Of a stretch of DNA of 64,000 nucleotides, positions 19,951-29,203 are shown piece after piece. Origin of the DNA: an uncultured Fibrobacteraceae bacterium (GTDB taxonomy: Bacteria > Krumholzibacteriota > Krumholzibacteriia > LZORAL124-64-63); the NCBI GenBank assembly GCA_964384055.1, contig CAYLIV010000008.1, positions 25,166 to 89,165 on the forward strand, written 5' to 3'. The notes beneath the pieces are model-generated. The model ran no database searches. It saw only the letters and a list, made by a program, of their open reading frames with translations, and was not told where the DNA came from. Both the position numbers and the translations under genes were made by a program. The stretch's first letter is position 1, and every line of letters begins with the position of its first letter.

Positions 19951-20838
19951 TTACTCGTAGAGCCAGCGGGTGATCTTGCCCGATCGCGACAGCCGGAATC
20001 CGTTGCGCCGGAAGGCCCAGCACATGTACGACACGGACACGAAAAACGACGCCGGCACGCGGTTGCGGTGCGTGATCTTCAAGCCGAGCAAGGTGGTGGC
20101 GCCGCCAAAACCCATGGGGCCGATATCGAGGCTGTTCGCTTCCTTGAGCCACCGTTTCTCGAACCGGGCCAGTTTCTTGTCCTCGTTCACATCGTCCAGC
20201 GTGCGGAAGAACTGCTCTTTGGCCGCCAGGTAGCCCGAGCCGCGGTCGCCGCCGATACAGACGCCGAGGATGCCGGGTCCACAGGCTTTGCCCTGTGCCT
20301 GGAAGGTGGCGTCGAGGACGCACTTGCGTACGCCGTCCAGATCGCGGCCGGCGCCCAGCCGGTTGTCCGGCAGCGCATACTGGGTGCTCATGTTCTCACT
20401 GCCACCGCCCTTGAGCATCATGCGTACGGTGAGGCTTTTCGCCTTGGTGGCATGCACGTGAACGGTCGGGCTGCCCGGGCCGAGGTTCGTCCCCGAGTTC
20501 TTACCGGTGAGCGAATCGACCGAGTTCTGGCGCAGATAGCCGACCTTGGTGGCCTGGACCACGGCCCGTTCGAACGCGCTGGTAAAACTGAACTCATCGA
20601 GCCACGCCGGCAGCGCCGCGTGGCAGATTATCGTTCCGGTATCCTGGCAAATGGGCTGCGATTTCTCGCCCGCCATCTGGAAATTGTCCTTGATCACCTG
20701 CAAAGCATACTTGCTCGACGAGTCCTTCTTCTCCTTGCGCAGCCCCTTTTCCAGAGCCTTGATCACGTCGACGGGTAGTTCGGCCGAGGTTCGACGGATC
20801 AGTTCAAGGAGGTTTTTCTGCAGAACCTTGCCTTCCAT
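19951..20838 (-). CDS. class I fumarate hydratase / L(+)-tartrate dehydratase alpha subunit
   Basis: RBS aaggag before ATG at 20838. Fe-S hydrolyase alpha domain motifs (CQDTGT, KGGGSEN, Cys ligands). Confidence 0.8.
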   Translation of the reverse strand: MEGKVLQKNLLELIRRTSAELPVDVIKALEKGLRKEKKDSSSKYALQVIKDNFQMAGEKSQPICQDTGTIICHAALPAWLDEFSFTSAFERAVVQATKVGYLRQNSVDSLTGKNSGTNLGPGSPTVHVHATKAKSLTVRMMLKGGGSENMSTQYALPDNRLGAGRDLDGVRKCVLDATFQAQGKACGPGILGVCIGGDRGSGYLAAKEQFFRTLDDVNEDKKLARFEKRWLKEANSLDIGPMGFGGATTLLGLKITHRNRVPASFFVSVSYMCWAFRRNGFRLSRSGKITRWLYE

Positions 20839-21171
20839 TGACGGCTCCTTTAACACGATGTACGTGAACACGCAGCAGCCGGGGATAACCGTAGGCGCCG
20901 CGTCGGTGCGACGATACACGGACCGCACCCGGGGCGCAGTGAACGGTGTCGTTCCCGATAACCGGCGCTGATACTAACGGTCACACCGCCTGAGGTCAAA
21001 ACGTTCCTGCGCTCGGAACGTCGAAATCCCGGCTGGGTCGCCCGGCGAAAAAACCCGTTTTCGAGTCGTTCTGGATCGTTGCCGCTGCCGGACCTAACGT
21101 GTAGACTGGCGACCGTATCGCCGCGCCACAGCCGAAACCCATCCGAGCCGTCCCCTCGAGGAAGGATAGCC

Positions 21172-22809
21172 GTGAGCAGACAAACAACGTCGAACACGCA
21201 GCCCACGCGGGGCGAGCCTTCCTCCCCCGCCGAGCGTCCGTCCGCCGGGCGCTACTGGTGGCTGGTCCCGGTGCTCGTCATCTTGCTGGTCCATGCGCTG
21301 AGCTTCCGCTTCATCATCGACGATGCCTTCATCACCTTTCGCTACGCGCGCAATCTGATCGACGGCCACGGTCTGGTCTTCAACGTCGGCGATCGCGTTG
21401 AAGGGTACAGCAACTTCCTGTGGGTTCTGCTGAGTGCCGTCGGCATGCAGTTACGCCTCGACCCGTTGCTCTGGACCCGTTTTCTGGGCATGTTCGCCTG
21501 CGCAGGCGTGTTGTTGATGCTGCCGCGGCAGGTGCGCGTACTCGCCCCGAAAACGGCCACGCCGCAGTGGGCGGCGCCGTTACTGGCGGCGCTTTGCGGG
21601 CCAATCGCCTGCTGGGCCCTGGCCGGTCTGGAAACACCCTTGTTCGCCCTGTTGACGGTGCTGGCCTGGCGTGCCGCGACAGCACGCAGACCGCTGGCCG
21701 CCGGGGTTGCCGGTCTGGCCCTGGCGCTCACCCGACCGGACGGGCCGCTGCTTGCGGTATCGTTTCTCGCCTGGTCGCTGCTGCCGACGGGGCCGCAACA
21801 GGTTCCGGCACCAAAAACCGGCGCCGCGCGGGCGCCGCATGACGACGAGCCGACACCGGCGGCGGACGGCGCGCCGGTCTGGCAGCGGTGGGTGGGCCCA
21901 GCAGTGTTCGTCGGCGGCGTTCTCTGTCACCTGCTGTGGCGGCACACATACTACGGAGAGTGGTTGCCGAACACCTACTTCGCCAAGACCGGCGATCTGG
22001 CGGGACAGCTACGCACGGGTCTGCCCTATGGAGCCGACTTTCTGCGCAGCTACCTGGCACCGGTGGCCGGACTGCTGATCTGGGCCGGGGTCACACGAGG
22101 CCGCCGGCTACTGCGGCACCGCGAGTTGAACTACACGCTGCTGGTGTGTCTGCTCTGGTTCGGCTACACGGTGGTGGTGGGCGGCGACATGCTGGGGATG
22201 TTCCGGTTCTACGTACCGATTCTGCCGCTGGTGATCGTAGCGGCCGTGGCCGTTTACGGCAGTGTCACGCAGACGATCGCTCACGCAGACGCCGGCCGTC
22301 CCGCCCTCTGGGTCATGCTGGTGCTGGGTTTCTTTTTCCTGTTGCCCTCGACGGTGGGCAAGGAACGACGATTGATCGGCGTGCATACCAGCCAGCAGAA
22401 TCTCGGCGGCTGGCTCCTCGCCGGCGACGCGATGGCGCGCGTGTTGCCGCCGGGCACGACCATTGCTCTCGGACCGGCCGGCTACATCCCGTACAAGACC
22501 GGTTTCAAGACCTACGATCTGTACGGCATCACCGACCGGCACATCGCGCACCGGGAAATGGCCTTCCAGCAAGGCTACGCCGGACACGAGAAACACGATG
22601 GCGACTACATCATCGGGCGTCGTCCCGATTATATCTTGCTCGGCAACGTCGATGTCACCGATCAGCCGCGACGCGGCCTGATCCCACCGTTGAACCGCGA
22701 GGTGGACATCGTTCAGAACCAGACCTTCCGGCAGGACTACGAGATGGTCAACATACCTCTGGCCGATGGCAAGTTCCTGAACTGTTTCAAACGGAAAGGC
22801 GCTCCCTGA
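21172..22809 (+). CDS. polytopic membrane protein, GT-C-fold glycosyltransferase-like (ArnT/PMT-like), with C-terminal soluble domain
   Basis: RBS gaagga before GTG at 21172. >10 TM helices. Conserved first-loop motif IIDDAFITFRYARNLIDGHGLVFNVGDRVEGYSNFLW, reminiscent of the D-E/D...RYA motifs of lipid-linked sugar transferases. The exact family is not resolved. Confidence 0.45.
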   Translation: MSRQTTSNTQPTRGEPSSPAERPSAGRYWWLVPVLVILLVHALSFRFIIDDAFITFRYARNLIDGHGLVFNVGDRVEGYSNFLWVLLSAVGMQLRLDPLLWTRFLGMFACAGVLLMLPRQVRVLAPKTATPQWAAPLLAALCGPIACWALAGLETPLFALLTVLAWRAATARRPLAAGVAGLALALTRPDGPLLAVSFLAWSLLPTGPQQVPAPKTGAARAPHDDEPTPAADGAPVWQRWVGPAVFVGGVLCHLLWRHTYYGEWLPNTYFAKTGDLAGQLRTGLPYGADFLRSYLAPVAGLLIWAGVTRGRRLLRHRELNYTLLVCLLWFGYTVVVGGDMLGMFRFYVPILPLVIVAAVAVYGSVTQTIAHADAGRPALWVMLVLGFFFLLPSTVGKERRLIGVHTSQQNLGGWLLAGDAMARVLPPGTTIALGPAGYIPYKTGFKTYDLYGITDRHIAHREMAFQQGYAGHEKHDGDYIIGRRPDYILLGNVDVTDQPRRGLIPPLNREVDIVQNQTFRQDYEMVNIPLADGKFLNCFKRKGAP

Positions 22810-22952
22810 CGTGAAAGGGTTCCGGGCTACCGAGCAAGGCACCACCCGCGCCGGTCGGCGGGTGCGGCCGTGTTTTCTCGCACCTGGATATTCCCTATAT
22901 TGCATAACGACCTCCACGCGATCCGCCGCCGCATCCAAAAAGGTCCGTCGCA

Positions 22953-25322
22953 TTGTCTAGATCGTTGCGTCAAAACGATTCGCCCAACGACTTTCCACTG
23001 CCCTTTCGTCTGGGCGAATTTCTCGTGCAACCGGCGCTGAACCGTGTTTCGGGTGTGGATGAGATGGCCCAGGTCGAACCGCGCGTGATGCAGGTGCTGT
23101 TATGTCTGGCCGACAGCGACGGCGAGGTCGTTTCGCGCCATGCCCTGATGGACATGGTCTGGACCGACACCATCGTCGGCGAAGAAGTGCTCACACGTGC
23201 CGTCTCCGAACTCCGGCGGATCTTTCGCGACAAGGCTCGCTCACCCCGGTACATCGAGACGATTCGCAACCACGGCTACCGCCTGCTGGTGCCGGTCGTT
23301 CCGGAAGCGCCGACCGGGCGCGAAAGCGAGCCGCGGCGCGGCGGCCAGACCGCCGCCGGCCCCGACGAGGACTACGCAGAGGATGACGGACTCGACGACG
23401 ACGGACCGCTAGGCGACGGTGTCGACGACACCGAGGTTCCGGGCCGGCAGCCGGCTGTCGACAGAAACGCTGCCGGGAGTCTCGACGGCGGCAGCCGCGA
23501 AACCGCCGGCCGCGGAACCGCCCGACACGACACGGACAGACCGGGCGACGATGTTTCGCAGGTGGCCACTCACCACGCACCGTTGCTGTCGACCGGTACT
23601 TCGCGAACAAGAAGAATGGCGTATCTGCTGGCACTGGTGCTGGTACTCGCCGCCGGGTATTTCCTCGTGCAAACCGGATTCTGGAACCGGCCGGCAGTGG
23701 TCCCCCACGCGGAAACCCCGTACACGAACTACGCGGGTCTCGAGAGCAACCCCGCTCTGTCGCCCGACGGGACCAAGGTGGCGTTTTCCTGGCGTGGCCG
23801 GCACGGTGACAACCTCGACGTCTACATCAAGCAGCAGAACACGGAGATACCGCTGCGCCTGACCACGGATCCGGGCTGGGACGGCGCGCCGGTATGGTCG
23901 CCGGATGGCAGCGAGATCGCCTATATCAACGGGACAGCTCGAGAATCGCGGATCTTCACGGTGGCGGCCATCGGCGGGCCGCCGCGGCAGATCTACAGCT
24001 CGCCGACGTGGATCCAGGGCATCGACTGGTCGCCGGACGGACGAACCCTGGCCCTGTCGGCCCGCGGCAATTCCGACGAGCCGTTCCGCATCCATCTGCT
24101 GGATCTGCACACCCGCGAGCTCTCGGCGCTTACTTCGCCGGTGGAGTCGGGTTACGCCGATTTTGCGCCTCGCTTCTCGCCCGACGGCCAGACCGTTGCC
24201 CTGGCGCGGTATGACCTTGCAAACCGCGGCGATCTCTTCGTCGTTCCCCGTGACGGCGGCGATCCGCGTCAGGTCACGACCGGTCTGCTGTCCATCCAGG
24301 GGCTGAGCTGGTCGGCGGCTGGCAGCGACCTGATCTGTGCCGCGGGCGGCGCCGGCATCTCCAGTCTCTGGCGCATCTCCGTGGCCGACGGTGCGCGTTC
24401 CTGGATCCCGCTACGCGCCGACTACGTGCGCAATCCCACCATCGCCCGCGCCGGTGGCGCACTGGTATTCGAGAAGCTGACCCAGCGCATCGATGTTGTG
24501 CAGATTCGTATCCTGCAACGCGAACCCTTCCGTCTCGAAACTTCACCCTTCATCACGTCTACCCGCTGGGATTTCGGCGCACATATCGATCGCGAGAGCC
24601 AACGTGTCGTTTTCGCCTCCTCGCGTTCGGGACATCCGGAAATCTGGATGTGTGACGCCGACGGCGATAATCCCTCCCAGCTGACCTTTTTCGAAGGCCT
24701 CCACGTCAGCCCTCCGCGCTGGTCACCGGACGGTCGGCAGATCGCCTTCAGCGCCAATCTGGACGGCCACGCGGTTGTCCACCTGCTCGACGCGGCAGGC
24801 GGACCGCCGCGCGCGCTGGTCGGCGACGGTTATCACGATGCGTTCTGCGGCTGGTCGCGCGACGGCGCCTGGCTGTATTTCGGTTCGGACCGCAGCGGAA
24901 CCTGGCAGATCGCCAGGATGCATCCAGACGGCGCCGGTCTGGAAACGGTCACCAGCGGCGGCGGTTATCTCGCCCAGGAATCCCAGGACGGCCACATCCT
25001 TTATTTCACCAGACCGGACGCGCCCGGAATCTGGTCCACGCCGACGGCTGGCGGCTCCGAGGAATTGCTCATCGATTCTCTGTTACCCCAGGACCGCAGC
25101 AACTGGGTCGTGCACGCGGACGGTATCTATTTCATCTTCCGCGGTGATCGAGACAACATGTTGTGTTTCTACGAGTTCGCCTCTGCCGAGACGCGCCTGT
25201 TGACCGGCATCGGCCATATCACCGAGGGTGGCCTGAGTTGCTCGCCCGACGGTCAGACCATCTTGCTCGCCCAGACGGAATACCTGGCCGGCGATCTCGT
25301 GCTGGTCGAGGATTTTCGCTGA
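22953..25322 (+). CDS. CadC/OmpR-family winged-helix transcriptional regulator fused to a TM helix and a periplasmic TolB-like beta-propeller
   Basis: TTG start. N-terminal trans_reg_C wHTH (FRLGEFLVQPALNRV...RHALMDMVWTDTIVGEEVLTRAVSELRR). A TM helix MAYLLALVLVLAAGYFLV. Repeated WD40-like/TolB-type PDG motifs (WSPDGSEIAY, WSPDGRTLAL, FSPDGQTVAL, WSPDGRQIAF). Confidence 0.7.
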   Translation: MSRSLRQNDSPNDFPLPFRLGEFLVQPALNRVSGVDEMAQVEPRVMQVLLCLADSDGEVVSRHALMDMVWTDTIVGEEVLTRAVSELRRIFRDKARSPRYIETIRNHGYRLLVPVVPEAPTGRESEPRRGGQTAAGPDEDYAEDDGLDDDGPLGDGVDDTEVPGRQPAVDRNAAGSLDGGSRETAGRGTARHDTDRPGDDVSQVATHHAPLLSTGTSRTRRMAYLLALVLVLAAGYFLVQTGFWNRPAVVPHAETPYTNYAGLESNPALSPDGTKVAFSWRGRHGDNLDVYIKQQNTEIPLRLTTDPGWDGAPVWSPDGSEIAYINGTARESRIFTVAAIGGPPRQIYSSPTWIQGIDWSPDGRTLALSARGNSDEPFRIHLLDLHTRELSALTSPVESGYADFAPRFSPDGQTVALARYDLANRGDLFVVPRDGGDPRQVTTGLLSIQGLSWSAAGSDLICAAGGAGISSLWRISVADGARSWIPLRADYVRNPTIARAGGALVFEKLTQRIDVVQIRILQREPFRLETSPFITSTRWDFGAHIDRESQRVVFASSRSGHPEIWMCDADGDNPSQLTFFEGLHVSPPRWSPDGRQIAFSANLDGHAVVHLLDAAGGPPRALVGDGYHDAFCGWSRDGAWLYFGSDRSGTWQIARMHPDGAGLETVTSGGGYLAQESQDGHILYFTRPDAPGIWSTPTAGGSEELLIDSLLPQDRSNWVVHADGIYFIFRGDRDNMLCFYEFASAETRLLTGIGHITEGGLSCSPDGQTILLAQTEYLAGDLVLVEDFR

Positions 25323-25488
25323 TTCTTCCCGCCGATCCAGCTGCACCATCGAGACTGATTATTCATATTTTTGCAGTATTCTCACACCTTTAGACAACCC
25401 TTCGCCAATCCTACGCTCGTCTTCAGGCATCGCCTGCTGGAATACCGTTAGATAAACCCCGTTGACACCTGCAACAGGGGACGGAATC

Positions 25489-28287
25489 GTGGCGGAGACA
25501 GAGCAACAATTCGGCGCGGAATCGAGGTCCCACGGCTGCCGGTCAGCCAGCTCCCTCCATCCTTGGCTGTCCGGTAGCCGTTGCTTGCTGGCGCTCATCG
25601 CCTGGTGTGCCTGCGCTCCGATACCTGTCCGCGCCGCGACACCCGCCGGCGTCGCACCAGAGCGAAACGTTCCCGACGGGGTGCACGTGACCGACGGCTC
25701 GTTTGTCCTGACCGCCGGCCAGCTACAGGTAAACATCTCCAACTTCGGCATGATCGGCTCCCGCTATTCGACATTGTCGGACTATTCCCATGCACCCTCG
25801 GCGCAGTGGCCCGGCGGCTCGGGCAACGAATATCTCTACTGTGCCGGCTTGTGGATCGGCGCCGTTCAGCTTGGCGAGACGCTCTGCTCGACCGGGCAGT
25901 TCGAAAGGGAACTCCGCCCCCGGCCCGGGCTGGAGGCGACCATGTACGAATCGATGGACGGCAAGGTCACACGACCCCTGGCCAATCCGCAGACCACCGG
26001 TCGCCGGCATCCTTCGGCGGAAGCCGACGACGACGACGATGAGCGAGTCGACGAGGAGATTCTCAACGGGCTCGACGACGATACCGACGGCGCTGTCGAC
26101 GAAGACATCGGCCAGATCGGCAACCAGATGATCGTGTGTACCATGTACGACAACACCCGGGTCGCCGCCGAGGAGTATCCGGATCACAACCCGTTGAATC
26201 TCGAGATCGTCCAGCGGGCCATCGCCTGGGAGAGCCCGGAAGCGGAAAATTTCGTCGGCTTCCAGTTCGACATCACCAACGTCGGCGTTATCGACCTGAA
26301 CGACGTCTACATCGGCCTCTTCGCCGATTGCGACATCGGGCCACGCGGCGTTCCCGGCGCTTTTCAGGACGACATGGCCGGTTTTTACGAGGGTATCGTG
26401 CGAGCCCGGAACGGCAGCTACGTGAGCATCTCGGTCGGGTACATGTACGACGCCGCGGAGCAGGACGCGCTGCCCGGATACATCGGTGTCCTCTTCCTCG
26501 GCGATCCCTTCGATCCCGGGGGCAGGATACGCTCCTTCCAGTCCTTTTCGCAGCAACAGCCTTTCTTGGACGGTGGCGACCCGACGAGCGATGACGAACG
26601 CTACATCCTGCTGAGCGCCGAGGAACACGATCGCAATACGCCCGAAGGCCGCCAGAACGACTTTCGTTTCCTGGTCTCGGCCGGTCCCTATACCAGTCTC
26701 ACGCCGCACCAGACGATCCGCTTCAACGCCGCCCTGGTAGTCGGTGACGGCTTCGACGGTATGTTGCAGGTCTGCGCCGAAGCAGCACAGACCTTCGCCG
26801 GCAGCTTCTTCGACGTGGACAACGACCCGCTGACGGGCGTCGCCGGCCGGGAGACCAAGCTCTGCGTCGAAGACCTACCTACGCTGGATGACGGCACGAG
26901 CTGGCTCTACAACCAGGTGGCCGCCTCCATGGACCGGACCTGCGTGGGCATGAGCACGGATTTCATCACGCCCGACGACCTGTTCATCGACGCGAGCGGC
27001 AAGCATTGCGTCTACGTGAACATGGACAACTGCTTCGAATGCGAACGGATCACCGGCGAACCGTGCACCGTGGAAAACGGCCTGTTCGCAGCGCGCTGGA
27101 ACTGTGACGACGGGGTCGCCACCGAGGAGGAACTGGTCAGTTGCACTGGCGTACTCGGCAAGGAGACCAACGTCGACTGGATCGTGTCCATGGCGCCACC
27201 GCCACCGGCGATGCGGCTGTGGCCGCGCAACAACGCCGTGCACATCTACTGGAACGATTTGAGTGAGCACAGCCCGGATCTGCGCCACAACGAGATAGAT
27301 TTCGAGTCCTATCGACTCTGGCGGGCCGACAACTGGGATCGGCCATTCGGCAGCTCCCTGGAAAACGGTCCGCAGGCCACGCTGTGGGACCTGATCGCCG
27401 AGTTCGACCTGGTCAGCCACTACTGGCGCGAACTGGACGTCGGTGACAACACCGTGCGGTTGGATTCACTGGCCCTGGGTTCCAACACCGGTTTCGACGG
27501 CATCCGCTACACCCCCGCTTGCCTATTCGACGCCCGCTTCGCCGGACTCGAAGAAGCGATGCAGGATGTCGTCGACGCCGACGTCCATAACCGATACCGG
27601 CAACTGCCGCCGCTGCGGCAATCCGACGGTACCCCGAACGCCGACCTGGTCGGCCTGCTCTATTGGGAGAGCTATCCGGCGGTGCTGGACACGTTCTTCT
27701 GGACCACGCAACGAGACGCCGATCCGGTCAACGACGTGATCGGTAAGCGTGCGGTCGGCTTCTACGAATACGTGGACCACGATGTTCACAACGGGTTCCT
27801 CTACTTCTACTCGATCGTCGCTACCGATCATCAACTCGATTTCCACGACGGTGCTCCGCTGGTGTCCGGCGCCGGGCAGGCCGGTTCGCCGAACAACGCC
27901 TTTGCCTGGGTGAGCCCGGCCCCGGCTGCCCAGTCGGCCGACGAACGCAAGGCGTGCGGTTCGAACATCTACGTGTATCCCAATCCGGCCACGCGGCAGT
28001 CGCTGGCCGAGTTCCAGCAACTGCACCCCAACGAGGACGATCCCACGGGAGTGCGGGTCGTGTTTGCCAACCTGCCGGAGGCGACCAACACGATCCGTAT
28101 CTTCACGCTTGCCGGGGATCTGATCGAGAGAATCGAACACGACGGATCGGTAGGATACGGCCAGACGTCCTGGAATCTGGTCAGTAACAATGGTCAGGAG
28201 ATCGTCAGCGGCGTCTACCTCTACGCGGTGGAGTCCGCGGATACGCGATTCGAGGACCATATCGGAAAGTTCGTGGTGATCAGGTAG
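25489..28287 (+). CDS. large secreted protein of unknown function with T9SS-type C-terminal sorting domain
   Basis: GTG at 25489 with RBS aggggacgg (the ORF track starts at TTG 25462). Signal-like CLLALIAWCACAPIPVRAA. Poly-acidic stretch EADDDDDERVDEEILNGLDDDTDGAVDED. C-terminal YVYPNPA...SGVYLYAV...VVIR resembles a T9SS CTD. Confidence 0.6.
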   Translation: MAETEQQFGAESRSHGCRSASSLHPWLSGSRCLLALIAWCACAPIPVRAATPAGVAPERNVPDGVHVTDGSFVLTAGQLQVNISNFGMIGSRYSTLSDYSHAPSAQWPGGSGNEYLYCAGLWIGAVQLGETLCSTGQFERELRPRPGLEATMYESMDGKVTRPLANPQTTGRRHPSAEADDDDDERVDEEILNGLDDDTDGAVDEDIGQIGNQMIVCTMYDNTRVAAEEYPDHNPLNLEIVQRAIAWESPEAENFVGFQFDITNVGVIDLNDVYIGLFADCDIGPRGVPGAFQDDMAGFYEGIVRARNGSYVSISVGYMYDAAEQDALPGYIGVLFLGDPFDPGGRIRSFQSFSQQQPFLDGGDPTSDDERYILLSAEEHDRNTPEGRQNDFRFLVSAGPYTSLTPHQTIRFNAALVVGDGFDGMLQVCAEAAQTFAGSFFDVDNDPLTGVAGRETKLCVEDLPTLDDGTSWLYNQVAASMDRTCVGMSTDFITPDDLFIDASGKHCVYVNMDNCFECERITGEPCTVENGLFAARWNCDDGVATEEELVSCTGVLGKETNVDWIVSMAPPPPAMRLWPRNNAVHIYWNDLSEHSPDLRHNEIDFESYRLWRADNWDRPFGSSLENGPQATLWDLIAEFDLVSHYWRELDVGDNTVRLDSLALGSNTGFDGIRYTPACLFDARFAGLEEAMQDVVDADVHNRYRQLPPLRQSDGTPNADLVGLLYWESYPAVLDTFFWTTQRDADPVNDVIGKRAVGFYEYVDHDVHNGFLYFYSIVATDHQLDFHDGAPLVSGAGQAGSPNNAFAWVSPAPAAQSADERKACGSNIYVYPNPATRQSLAEFQQLHPNEDDPTGVRVVFANLPEATNTIRIFTLAGDLIERIEHDGSVGYGQTSWNLVSNNGQEIVSGVYLYAVESADTRFEDHIGKFVVIR

Positions 28288-28378
28288 CTTTCCCCCCAGT
28301 CAGCGACCCGTCACCAAACAGCAGGGTCCCCCATTCCGGCGGGAGGGGGATCCTGTGTTTCCAGTCTGATTCGTGCTC

Positions 28379-29191
28379 TCAGCGCGAGGTGAGTATCTCC
28401 TCGAACAGATCCAGCACACGCGGGCTCTCCGACTCGGCCAGCCAGAACAGAGCCGACCGACGTAGTTGCGGATGCCGGCTCTCGAGCGCAATTCGCGACA
28501 GCGCGTCGAAGCGCCGCCCGCTGTCACGATTGTGCAGCGCGAAGATGGCCGCCTCGCGGAGCTGGAGTTCCTCGTCGTCGTCGTCGACCAGCGCTGCGAG
28601 CCCGGCGGTGACCTTGTCGCCGACCTGCTGACCGAGCCAGAATACCGCCGAGCTGCGCACTTCGTCGTCGAGCTGCCGGTCGCGAGCGATTTCCAGCAGT
28701 TCGGGCCAGACGACCACATCGCGCGCCAGCGTGGCGGGCAGTATGCAATCCTCGGCGACCGAACGCCGCGCCTCACGGGTCAACCGCAGCAGATAGTCGG
28801 CCGCCGCTTGTGGTTCCACTTCGCCGAGGTCGAGAACGTCGCCCCGGGCCCGACGCCACTGCCCGGCGACCCAGTAGCGGATCTTGTTCACCCTACCGTC
28901 GCGTACCCGCATCGAGATTCGTACCGGACCTTCCTCGCAGTCTTCCCGCCAATCGTTCTCATCGTCGTCGCAGCTGATGTAGTGGGTGCCGTGGATGCGC
29001 GTCAACGAACCGTCGACGACGATTATCGAGCCGCCGTCGCCGAAGACGCCGTCACGCGACGCGAATTCGAAACGCACCTCGCCGGACTCGAAATCGGCTA
29101 TCTGCTGGGCCAGGTCGCTCGCCTGCGCCAAGCCCGTCCCGGCGACGGCCAGTAGAACGACCAGTGTCACGTGCCTTCCCGGTTTGTACAT
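28379..29191 (-). CDS. secreted HEAT/PBS-lyase-repeat protein
   Basis: Signal peptide LVVLLAVAGTGLAQA. Repeated VRSSAVFWLGQ / LREAAIFALHN / LRRSALFWLAE HEAT-like units. Confidence 0.7.
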   Translation of the reverse strand: MYKPGRHVTLVVLLAVAGTGLAQASDLAQQIADFESGEVRFEFASRDGVFGDGGSIIVVDGSLTRIHGTHYISCDDDENDWREDCEEGPVRISMRVRDGRVNKIRYWVAGQWRRARGDVLDLGEVEPQAAADYLLRLTREARRSVAEDCILPATLARDVVVWPELLEIARDRQLDDEVRSSAVFWLGQQVGDKVTAGLAALVDDDDEELQLREAAIFALHNRDSGRRFDALSRIALESRHPQLRRSALFWLAESESPRVLDLFEEILTSR

Positions 29192-29203
29192 GCCGTCGCC
29201 TCC

